64,000 bases of DNA. It comes from Mustelus asterias. Taxonomy: Eukaryota. Below, piece by piece: positions 47,652-58,859 of this stretch. The stretch is from the NCBI RefSeq assembly GCF_964213995.1, contig NW_027590119.1, positions 2,480,001 to 2,544,000 of the forward strand. The letters run 5' to 3'. The notes beneath the pieces are model-generated. The model saw only the letters and a list, made by a program, of their open reading frames with translations, did not search any database and was not told the DNA's origin. Both the position numbers and the translations under genes were made by a program. Numbering within the stretch: the first letter of the stretch is position 1; every line of letters begins with the position of its first letter.

Positions 47652-50217
47652 GAACATAAGAACATAACAAATAGGAGCAGGAATAGGCCATCTCGCCCCT
47701 CAAGCCTGCTCCGCCATTCAATAAGATCATGGCTGATCTGATAATGGGTTCAGTTCCACTTACCGCCCGCTCCCCATAACCCTTAATTCATTTAATGGTT
47801 AAAAATCTATCTATCTGTGACTTAAACACATTTAACGAGGTAGCCTCTACTGCTTCATTGGGCAGAGAATTCCAAAGATTCAGTACCCTCTGGGAGAAGA
47901 GGTTCCTCCTCAACCCTGTTCGAAATTGACTCCCCCGTATTTTGAGGCTATGCTCCCGAGTTTTTTTCTATTGTAAGTGGAAATATCCTCACTGCTTCTA
48001 GCCTGTCTAGCCCCTTCATTATCTTACATGTCTCTATGAGATCTCCCCACAACCTTCTAAACTCCAATGAGTACAGGCCCAGTCTACTCAATCTCTCCCC
48101 ATTAGCTAACCCCCTCATCTCCGGAATCAACCTGGCGAACGTGCTCTGTACCCCCTCGAAAGCTAATATATCCTTTCCCAAATAAGGTGTCCAAAATTGT
48201 ACACAGTACACGAGGTGCGGCCTCACTAGTACCCTGTACAATTGCAGCATGACATCGCTGCTTTTATACTCCATCCCTCTCACGATAACGGCCAACATTC
48301 CATTTGCCTTCTTGATTACCTGCTGCACCTGCAAACTGAGTTTTTATGATTCATGCACAAGGATCCCCAGGTCCCTCTGCACAGTAGCATGTTGTAATTT
48401 TTCACCGTTTAAATAATAGCCAATTTTATATTATTCCTTCCAAAGTAGATAACCTCACAGTTACCAACGTTCTACTCCATCTGCCAGATCCTTGCCCACT
48501 CACTTAGCCTATCCAAATCTCTCTGAAGACTCTCTGTGTCCTCCACGCAATTTGCTTTCCCACTCATCGTTCTGTCATCCGCAATCGTTGTTACCCTACA
48601 CTCGGTCCCCTCCTTCAGACCGTCTATGTATATGGTAAATATTTGAGGCCCCAGCACCGATCCCTGCGGCACGCCGCTAGTCACTGATTGCCAACCGGAA
48701 AAGCACCCATTTATTCCGACGCTCTGCTTTCTGTTAGAGAGCCAATCCTCAATCCACGATAACACTTTACCCCCAACTCCGTGTACCTTTATCTTATGCA
48801 GGAAACTGTTGTGAGGCACCTTATCGAATGCCTTCTGAAAATCTAAATACACCACATCCACCGGTTCCCCTCTGTCAACCGCACTCGTTATATCCTCAAC
48901 AAATTCCAGTAAATTAGTCAAACATGAATCCATGCTACGTCTGCTTGATTGAACCATTCTTTTTCAGGTGTCCTGCTATTTCTTCCTTAATGATAGATTC
49001 CAGCATTTTCCCAACTATGCATGTTAACCTAACCGGCCTGCAGTTACCTGCCTTTTGTCTACCTCCTTTTTTAAACAGTGGCGTTTCATTCGCTGTTTTC
49101 CAATCAGCTGGCACCTCCCCAGAGTCCAGTGAATTTTGACAAATTACAACTAATGCATTTGCTATTACATCTGCCGTTTCTTTTAGTACCCTGGGATGCA
49201 TTCCATCCGGACCACGGGGTTTAACTAACTTTAGTCCAATTAGCGTACCCAACACTACCTCTTCCGTAATAGTGATCGTTTTAAGGTCCTCACCCCCTAC
49301 AGTCCCATGACCGTCAATTATTGGTATGCTATTTGTGTCCTCCAATGTGAAGACCGACACAAAAACTTGTTTAAGGCCTCGGCCATTTCCTCATTTCCTA
49401 TTTTTAAGTCCGCCTTCTCATCTTCAAAGGGACCAACATTTACTTGAGCCACTCTTTTCCGTTTTATATATTTGTAAAAACTTTTACGATCAGTTTTTAT
49501 ATTTTGTCCTCGTTTACTTTCACAATCTATCTTTCCTTTCTTTATTGCTTTCTTAGTAGTTCTTTGTTGTTTTTTAAAGCCTTCCCAATCTTCTAGTTTC
49601 CCACTAATTTTGTCCACTCTGTATTCATTGCTTTTTAATTTGATATTCTCCTTTATTTCCTTAGTTTTCTATGGCTGGTTATCCCTTTTCTTACATTCCT
49701 TCTTTTTCACTGGAGGATATTTTTGCTGAGTACTGAGAAATATCTCCTTAAAATCCTCCACTGTTCCTCAACTGTCCGCCAATTAGTCTGTGTTCCCAGT
49801 CTACATTAGCCTACTCCGCCCTCATCCTATTGTTGAAGCAGAGGACACTGGTTTGGGACCCTACTTTCTCACCCTCCATCTGTATTAGAAATTCAACCAT
49901 ATTGTGATCACTCATTCCAAGAGGATTCCTCACAAGGAGATCATTAATTTTACCTCTCTCATTACACAGGACGAGATCCAAGATAGCTTGCTCCCTCATA
50001 GGATCTGTAACATACTGTAGGAGGAAACTATCGCAACAGCATTCTAAGAACTCTTCCTCAAGTCCACCACGCCCGACTTGAGTTGACCAATCAATATGGA
50101 GGTTAAAATCCCCCATGATTATTGTTGTTCCATTTTTACATGCATCTGTTATTTGTTTTTTTATTGCCCGCTCCACCATGAAGTTATTATTTTGGGGCCT
50201 ATAGACTACGCCCACCA
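47652..50217 (-). mobile_element. Nested CR1 ((AAGAACAT)n-tail family; endonuclease to 3' end)
   Basis: ORF fragments 47948-50272 with MGDFN, SDH and [10 protein letters not shown]. Confidence 0.93.
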
Positions 50218-50221
50218 AGTA

Positions 50222-52945
50222 TAGAACATAGAACATAGAAAAAATACAGCACAAACAGGCCCTTCGGCCCACAAGTTGCGCCGGTCATGTCCCTACCTAA
50301 CTAGGCTCATATATAGGCTTACCTATAGCCCTCAATCCTATTAAATCCCATGTATTCATCCAGAAGTCTCTTAAACTGACTCTATTGAGTTTGCCTCCAC
50401 CACCACTGACGGCAGCCGATTCCACTCGCCAACCACCCTCTGAGTGCAAAATATACCCCTGACAACTCCTCTGTACCTACTGCCCAGCACCCTAAACCTG
50501 TGTCCTCCCGCAGCAACCATTTCGGCCCTGGGAAAAAGCCTCCGAGAATCCACCTGATCTGTACCTCTCAACATATTGTACATCTCTATCAGGTCAACTC
50601 TCATCCTTCATCTCTCCAAGCAGAAAAGACCGAGCTCCCTCAGCCTATCCTCATTAGGCATGCCTACCAATCCAGGCAACATCCTTGTAAATCTTCGCTG
50701 CACCATTTCAATCATTTCCACATCCCTCCTGGAATGAGGCGACCAGAACTGAGCACAGTACTCCAAGTGGTGTCTGACGAGGGTCTTATAAGGCTGTGTC
50801 ATTATCTCCCGACTCGAAAACTCAATCCCTCGATTGATGAAGGCCAGCACACCATACGCCTTTTTAACCACCTCCTCTACCTGCGAGGCTGATTTAAGAG
50901 TCCTATGGACCCGGACCCCAAGTTCCTTCTGATTCTCGACACTGCCAAGAGTCTCAGCCTTGATATAATACTCCTTCACCCCATTTGACCTGCCAAAATG
51001 GACCACTACACATTTATTCGGGTTGAAGTCCATCTGCCACTTCTCAGTCTTGCATCCTATCTATGTCACGCTGCAGCTTCTGACATCCCTCCAACAAATC
51101 CACAACACCACCAACCTTCGTGTCGTCGGCAAACTTACCAACCCATCCCTCCACTTCCTCATCCAGGTCATTTATGAAAATGACAAAGAGCAAGTGTCCC
51201 AGAACAGATCCCTGGGGCACTCCACTGGTGACCGACCTCCATTCAGAAGAAGACCCTTCTTCAACCACTCGCTGCCTTCTGCAGGCAAGCCAGTTCTGAA
51301 TCCACAAGACAACAGCCCCTTGGATCCCATGCCCTCTCACTTTCTCGAGAAGTCTTGCATGGGAGACCTTATCGCACGCCTTGCTGAAGTCCGATAGACC
51401 ACATCAACCGCTTTTCCTTCGTCAATGTGTTTCGTCACATTTTCAAACAACTCCACCAGGCTCGGAAGGCACGATTTGCTTTTGACAAAGACGTGCTGAC
51501 TACGTTTGAGCATACTCAACTTCTCTAAATGTTCATAAGTCCTGTCCCTCAGGATCTTCTCCATCAACTTACCAACCACTGAGGTTAGACTCACCGGTCG
51601 GTAATTTCCTGGGCTATCCCTATTCTCTTTCTTGAATATAGGAACCACATCCGCAATCCTCTAATCCTCCAGAACCTCTCCTGTCTCCATCGACGACGCA
51701 AAGATCATCGCCAGAGGCTCTGCAATCTCTTCCCTCGCCTCCGACAGTAACCTGGGGTACATCCCATCCGATCCCGGCGATTTATCTAGCTTGATGCTAT
51801 TCAAAATTTCTAACACATCCTCTTTCTTAATGTCCACATATTCAATCTTTTCAGTCCGCCTCAATCCCTTCGTACAAACACCCAGATCTTTTTCCACCGT
51901 GAATACCGAGGTAAAATATTCATTAAGCACCTCTCCTATTTCTTCCGGTTCTGTACTGACTTTCTCACCTTCACCTTTTATAGGTCCTGTTCCTTCACAT
52001 CTCATGCTTTTACTCTTCACATATTTATAGAACGCCTTTGGGTTCTCCTTAATCCTACCTGCCAAGGCCTTCTCGTGACCCCTTCTGGCTCTCCTAATTT
52101 CTTTCTTAAGTCCCTTCCTACAAGCCGTATACTCATCTGGATCCCTGTCATTGCTTAGCTCTCTGAACCTTTTGTACGCTTTCCTTTTCTTTCACGCTCG
52201 GTTCAGCACAGCTTTCGTGTACCACGGTTCCCGAAACCTACCAACACCTACCAGTCTCATCGGAACGTTGTCAAGCATAACTCCAGAGAAATATTCCTTG
52301 AAAATCTGCCACCTTACTTCAGTACTTTTCCTCGAGAATGCCTCCTTCCAATTTACGCTTCTAATCTCCTGCCTGATGGCTTCATATTTCCCCTTACTCG
52401 AGATAAACACTTTCCTAGCTTGCCTGATCCTATCTTGTTCCAATGCTAGCGTAAAGGAGATAGAGTTATGATCACTATCCCCAAGATGCTCCCCCACTGA
52501 GAGATCTGCAACCTGTGCAGGTTCATCAGCCAGTATCAGATCGAGTACAGCCTCTCCTCTTGTAGGGTTATCCACATGTTGTGTCAGGAAACCCTGCTGA
52601 ACACACCTAACAAACTCCTCCTCATCCAAACCCCATACCCTGGGGATATTATAATCGATGTTTGGGAAATTAAAGTCTCCCATCACGGCAACCCTGTTAT
52701 TCCTACATCTCTCCAGGATCTGTCTCCCTATCTGCTCCTCGACATCCCAGTTACCATCGGGCGGTCTGTAGAAAACACCCAGCAAAGTTATCGACCCCTC
52801 CCCGCTCCGACCTTCCACCCACAGAGACTCCGTATACAATCCTTCCACGGCTTCCACCTTCTCTACAGCTGTGACACTATCCCTGATCAGCAGTGCCACT
52901 CCCCCCCCCCACTTTTGCCTCCCTCTCTGCCCTTTCTGAAACACG
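50222..52945 (-). mobile_element. Nested CR1 ((ATAGAAC)n-tail family; endonuclease to 3' end)
   Basis: ORF fragments 50371-52956 with GGGVALLI, MGDFNFP, SDHN and FADDTK. Confidence 0.93.
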
Positions 52946-54661
52946 TATCTTACCATTAGCCCAGTATTCTGTCATGCTGTTACTCCTTCCAAAGTGAGTC
53001 ACCTCACACTTGTCCGCATTGAACTCCATTTGCACCTCTCAGCCCAGCACTGCAGCTTATCTATGCCCCTCTGTAACCTGCAACAACCTTCTGCACGGTC
53101 TGCAATTCCACCAACTTTAGTATCAACTGCAAATTTACTAACCCATCCTTCTACTCCCTCATCCAGGTCATTTATAAAACTGACAAACAGCAGTGACCCC
53201 AAAACAGATCCTTGCGGTACACCACGAGTAACTGAACTCCAGGATGAACATTTCCCATCATCCACCACCCTCATCCAAACCGCTAAATCACCCTCAATCC
53301 CATGCCTCCGTTTCTTCTGCAATAGCTTACTGTGGGGAACCTTATCAAGCGCTTTACTGAAATCCATATACACCACGTCAACTGTTTTACCCTCATCCAC
53401 CTCTTTGGTCACCTTCTCAAAGAACTCAATCAGTTTTGTGAGGCACGACCTACCCTTCACAAAGCCATGTTGACTATCCCGAACCAAATTATTCCTTTCT
53501 CGATGATTATAAGTCCTATCCCTTATAATCCGTTCCAAAACTTTGCCCACAACAGAAGTAAGGCTCACTGGTCTATAATTACCAGAGTTGTCTCTACTCC
53601 CCTTCTTGAACATGGCGACAACATTTGCTATCCTCCAGTCTTCTGGCACTATTCCTGTAGACAATGACGACGTAAAGTTCAAAGCCCAAGGCTCTGAAAT
53701 CTCCTCCTTAGCCTCCCAGAGAATCCTGGGATAAATCCCATCCGGCCCAGGGGACTTATCTATTTTCACACTTTCCAGAATTGCTAACACCTCTTCCTTA
53801 TTCCCCTCAATCCCGTGTAGTCCAATAGCCTGTATCTCAGTATTCTCCTCAACAACATTGCATTTTTCCTGCGTGAATACTGATGAAAAATATGCATTTA
53901 GCCCCTCTCCTATCTCTTCAGGCTCCACGCACAACTTCCCGCTACTGTCCTGGACCGCCCCTCAACTTACCCTAGTCATTCTTTTATTCCTGACATACCT
54001 ATAGAAGGCTTTAGTATTTTCCTTGATCCTACCTGCCAAAGAATTCTGATGTCCCCTCCTGGCTCTTCTTAACTCACTCTTTAGGTCTTTCCTGGCTAAC
54101 GTGTAACTCTCAAGTGCCCTAACTGAGCCTTCACGTCTCATCTTTACATAAGTCTCCTTCTTCCTCTTCACAAGAGATCCAACTTCTTTAGTAAACCACG
54201 GTTCCCTCACTCGACCACTTCCTGCCTGCCTGACGGGTACGTACTTATCAAGGACACCCAGTAGCTGTTCCTTGAAAAAGCTCCACATTTCAATTGTGCC
54301 CATCCCCTGCAGTTTCCTTCTCCAACCTATGCATCCTAAATCTCGTCTAATCGCATCATAATTTCCTCCCCGCTCCCCCCCCCCCCCAAAAAAAAAAAAC
54401 TCTTGCCCTTCAGGTATATACCTATTCCCTTCCATCGCTAAAGTAAACGTAGCCGAATTGTGGTCACTATCACCAAACTGCTCCCCTAACTCTGACAACT
54501 GGTCTGGTTCATTACCGAGTACCAAATTCAATGTGGCCTCGCCTCTTGTTGGCCTATCTACATACTGTGCCAGGAAACCATCCTGCACACATTGGACAAA
54601 AACTGACCCAGCTAATTTACTTGAACTGTAGATTTTCCAGTCAATATCTGCAAAGTTACCC

Positions 54662-55185
54662 ACTCCCTACCCTACTGTGCACACAGAGGGGCAGCGGGAT
54701 CCCCTCCCTACCCCACTGTCCATGCAGAGAGGCAGAGAGACCCCCTCCAAACCCCACTGTGCATGCAGAGAGACAGCGAGGCCCCCTCTCTAACCCACTC
54801 TGCATACAGAGAGGCAGCGAGGCCCCCCTCCCTACCCCACTGTGCATGCAGAGAGGCAGCGAGGCGCCCCTCCCTGCGCCACTGTGCATGCAGAGAGCCA
54901 GCGAGAACCCCCTCCCTACCGCACAGTGCATGCAGAGATGCAGCGAGACCCCTTCCCTACCCCACTGTCATTGCAGTGAGGCATCGAGACTCCCTCCCTA
55001 AGCCACTGTGCATGCAGACAGGCAGCGAGACCCCCTCCCTACCCCACTGCGGATGCAGAGAGACAGCGAGGACCCCTCCCTAACCTACTGTGCATACAGT
55101 GAGGCGGCGACACCACCTCCCTACCCCACCGTGCATGCAGAGAGGCAGCAAGGCACCCCTCCCTACCCTACTGTGCATGACCCTC
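54662..55185. repeat. 41-bp satellite, block 3
   Basis: About 13 copies of the same unit. Confidence 0.95.
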
Positions 55186-55834
55186 TACCCTTCACCAACT
55201 ACGTTGAGAGTGTCAGCACGACCAATCTACCTCAACAAGCTCGTGCTAAGTGGCAGGTGGGCCGCGCTCCCTACTCCACCAATCAGATGCAGATTGGTAT
55301 TGGGCCACCCTTCCTACCGGATCGGCCCGCTCCCCAAGGGCCAAGCTGCCTTCAGGCCCCGCCCCTTCAGGTCCCGCCACTGCAGGCCCGGCCCCGACAC
55401 GCTGCACGCCCTGGTACTGCCCGGTGTGCACTGCCCAAGCGGCACCGACCTTTGCCCTCGACCTTGCCCGGTTTCCTCAATGGCCTTCGCTTCTATCAGC
55501 GAGGTCATCACAACTCGTCTGCGTACATGTGGACCATTTGCTTTCCTCACTGGACACCACCTCTCCAGGTGAGGCTGCAAAGGCACGTGTGCTGCATAAT
55601 TCCATCCCAGGCTCGCTAATTTGATTTAAATTTGTTTTCAAATAAATTTACATAATTTATTCATCCTCTTGCCAGAAATGGGCAGGATACTGAATCCGCT
55701 GCATATCCGTTGCCTCCAAAGTTTGCAGGAGGCGGGAAATCGGGCGTGGACCTATGTTCTAGGCTGTCACGCGGTTTTACTGCTCACCGCGCCATCAATG
55801 GACAGGGAGTAACTGTAAACCCGCCACCTCCCCT

Positions 55835-55868
55835 GTGTGTGTATGTGTGTGTGTGTTTGTTTGTGTGC

Positions 55869-55905
<37 letters not shown>

Positions 55906-56085
55906 CGCGCAAGAGAGCACTGTACGAGTGTTCCTAAGTGTGCGGCGTTCTGGAGTGTTACAGCAACTTTGATTATTCTTGGATTTGTGTGTGTGTGTGT
56001 GTGTGAATCTGATTGCATTTATCCGTAAATGTCTGTATTTATGTATGTGCGTATAGGTGTGTCTGTGTGGTTGTGTTTCTGTGAA
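55835..56085. repeat. (GT)n and (GA)n microsatellites
   Basis: Seen directly. Confidence 0.95.
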
Positions 56086-56104
56086 TGTGGGAGAGTTTGT
56101 GATC

Positions 56105-56400
56105 GCACAAGTGACAGCATTGTTGCCTCACAGCACCAGAGGGCCTGGATCAATTCCAGGCTTGGCTACTGTCTGTGCAGAGTTTGCACGTTCTCCCTGT
56201 GTCTGCGTGGTTCTCCTCTGCGTGCTCCGATTTCCCCCCAAAATCTGAAAGTTACTCTGTTTAGGTGCATTGGCCAAGATAATTTCTCCCTCAGCATACC
56301 TGAACAGGGGCTGAAAAGTTGACAGTAACTTCAGGGGATTTTTACAGTAACTTCACTGCAATGCTAATGTTCCCATGCTTGTGACGCTGATGAGTAAACA
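56105..56400 (+). mobile_element. V-SINE
   Basis: gcattgttgcctcacagcaccag...tgtctgtgcagagtttgcacgttctccctgtgtctgcgtgg. Confidence 0.8.
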
Positions 56401-56912
56401 TCAAAACTGAGAAAACATGTTTTCTCTCTGTCAGATCTTGCTCTGCCCATATGACCAATAAAATGGATTCTGTGGTCTGATGACTGGGTGGGTGATTCGC
56501 AGTGAACTGGTGTTATATGTCGAGGGTAAAAATGATTCTGTCTCAATATTTTACTCACGAAGGAATAGCGTTTGAGCTCACATCTCGATGGAAAGTCACA
56601 GCACACAGAAGACATCCTAACCATAGGGACTGAGACAATTGTCAGTGGCTGAAAGAATTAAGAACTGGAGACAGATATTCAGCAGAAACAACAAAAGCAG
56701 CAAACCCAGTACAGTAAATGACAAAAAAATCAATTCAATTAAACAGCCTTTCTAGAATTACAAACTGGAAACAGGGGACGGGACTTTACAGCCTCAGTCT
56801 TCCCGAACCTGCAAAATCCTGCCCGTGTTCAACACACGTTCCCATGCTCCACCACTCGCCTGCTCCGATTCCCGTGGCGGTCGGGCCGGTACAATTCCAG
56901 CCAGGGACTTAC

Positions 56913-57156
56913 CCGGAACACCAACAATAGCCAGGAGGGGATAGTAAAAGTATTGAATCAGGTGCAGTAGGTATAGAATCCGATCAGCTGATGTCATCCA
57001 CCAATAATCTGCGTTAAAGAGAGAAATCCAATCAAATAAACTCCTGCCCTTGGTTGGAACATTCCAATCCATTGTTCCCAGATTCTGATCCATTGTTCGA
57101 ACAGTCTGGTTCATTGCACTCAGATTCTGATCCCTTGTTGGAACATTCCAAGCCAT
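56913..57156 (-). CDS. Class A orphan GPCR, GPR139/GPR142-like, exon 1 (N-terminus and most of TM1)
   Basis: First ATG after an in-frame TGA; ends YYPLLAIVGVP-G|GTAAGT (phase 1); splices in frame to 33498 giving LAIVGVPVNII; 244+902 = 1146 nt, 381 aa. Confidence 0.88.
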
Positions 57157-57504
57157 TGCTCCCAGATTCTGATCTCCCCTCTCCCTCCCTCTCTCTCCAC
57201 AGCCGCTGATCTCTGTCCGTGTCGGAGTTGTCTCTCCCCCTCAATGGGACAATAGATTGAATGGAATCCCTTATTGATACAAGAGGGAATCCCTCCAGGC
57301 ACACTAATCGGATCCATGGAGACTCACATCAATTACAGTCACTAAACAAACAGCTTCACTTAACCCCATTCAATCCGACACTTTTTCGACCCAAAGTAGA
57401 ACATTTACAGCCGAGATGGCGTGTTGAGGGTCAGGGAGGTATGGAAAGTTGGTAATAATGGAGGAACAGACTGTAAATCTTTCAATATTCATTCGATATA
57501 ACAG

Positions 57505-58240
57505 AGGTCCCTCTGCCAGCGTTCATTTCCAGAGGGCTAGAGAACAAAAGCAGGGGTGTACTGCTGAGGTTTTATAAGACTCTGGTCACTCCACATCCAG
57601 AATATTGTCAGCAATTTTGGGCCCCGTATCTAAGGAAGATGTGCTGGCCTTGGTGAGGGTCCAGAGGAGGATCACAAAAATGAACCGGGGCATGAAGAGC
57701 GTCTGAGGAATCTGTATCTGTATTCTATCGAGTTTGGAAGGATGAGGAAGGGGACATCATTGAAACTTACAGAATAATGAAAGGCCTGGATAGAGTGTAC
57801 TTGGGGAAGATGTTTCCAATAGTAGGAGAGACTAGGAGCCGAGGGCACACCCTCAGAGGAAAGGGACGGCCCTTTGGAACTGTAATGTGGAGATGCCGGT
57901 GTTGGACTGGGTGGGCACAGTACGAAATCTCACAACACCAGTTCTCCACTCACCTATGAAGGAGCAGCGTTCCGAAAGCTCATGATTCCAAATAAACTTG
58001 TGGGAATTTAACCTGCTGTTGTGAGAATTCTTACTTTAGAAATGTGATGAGTTGGAATTTGTTCAGCCGGCGGGGGGAGGAGTGAATCTGTGGAATTCAT
58101 TGCCACACATGGCTGCGGAGGCCAGACCATTGAGTGTATTTACGAAAGTGATAGATAGGTTCTTGACTGGTAAAAGGATCAAAGGTTACCGGGAAAAAGC
58201 GGGAGAATGGGTCTGAGAAACTTATCAGCCGGGATTGGCT
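57505..58240 (+). mobile_element. Degenerate CR1 3' portion with a Penelope-like fragment inserted at ~57885-58033
   Basis: MKGLDRVYLGKMFPIVGETRSRGH; insert begins ggagatgccggtgttggactggg and carries gaaggagcagcgttccgaaagct. Confidence 0.8.
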
Positions 58241-58859
58241 GGGAGATTTCCAGAGCTTGGCAGAAATCTTCAATGTTTCCTAGATTCACTCTAAAGTTCC
58301 AGGTAGATATCTGTCCCCTGCTCACTGAATCTACGCAATGGAGCTCAATGAAAATAATTCACCTTCCATAGCCTTTTTCTCGGTTGAACCTGTTGTGAAT
58401 CCTTGGCTACAGATTTTGGTTCTGCTTCTCCCAACAGCACTGATTGGCTCCTCTGCCTCTGGTACCAAGCCAGCACCAATGGATGATGATCAATGTTAGC
58501 TGGCGCCACTGATTATCTCGAGTATTCTGCCCGACAGTGCTGCAAATCCTAAAAACCACAAACACTAATTCAAAGGATATAGAATCAATTTTAAACATTG
58601 TTTACCCAGCAGGAGGACATGTAAAAGGTAATCAATTCCAACACCATTGCTCTACCTGCCATGTCCACTGGGCTGTATCCATATGAACAGTTTTTATTTG
58701 AGCTCATACGAACATATGAATTAGGAGTAGAAGTGGGCCATTCGAGTCCTCGAGCCTGTTTAAGCCGCCACTCAGTAAGATCACGGCTGATCTGAATTTG
58801 CCTCATCTCTGCCTCCCTCTGAGAACCATTGACTCCCTTATTAGTCAGGAATCTATCTA

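Larger units (their letters stand above)
46937..54660 (-). mobile_element. Host CR1 (46937-47651 and 52946-54660) carrying two nested CR1s
   Basis: The two parts rejoin as catccacacta-ccaagtat-cttaccattagcccag, as in the uninterrupted copy at 1302-1336. Confidence 0.9.

Noticed and set aside
38788-55185. Resemblance of CCTCCCTACCCCAC to the human PRDM9 hotspot motif CCTCCCTNNCCAC
   Set aside because: Spacing is off by one base, and PRDM9 targets are allele- and species-specific.
55190-55800. GC-rich segment with ORFs of 124-203 aa
   Set aside because: No recognisable domain, and the longer ORFs start in the satellite; probably an unclassified repeat that I cannot name from sequence alone.
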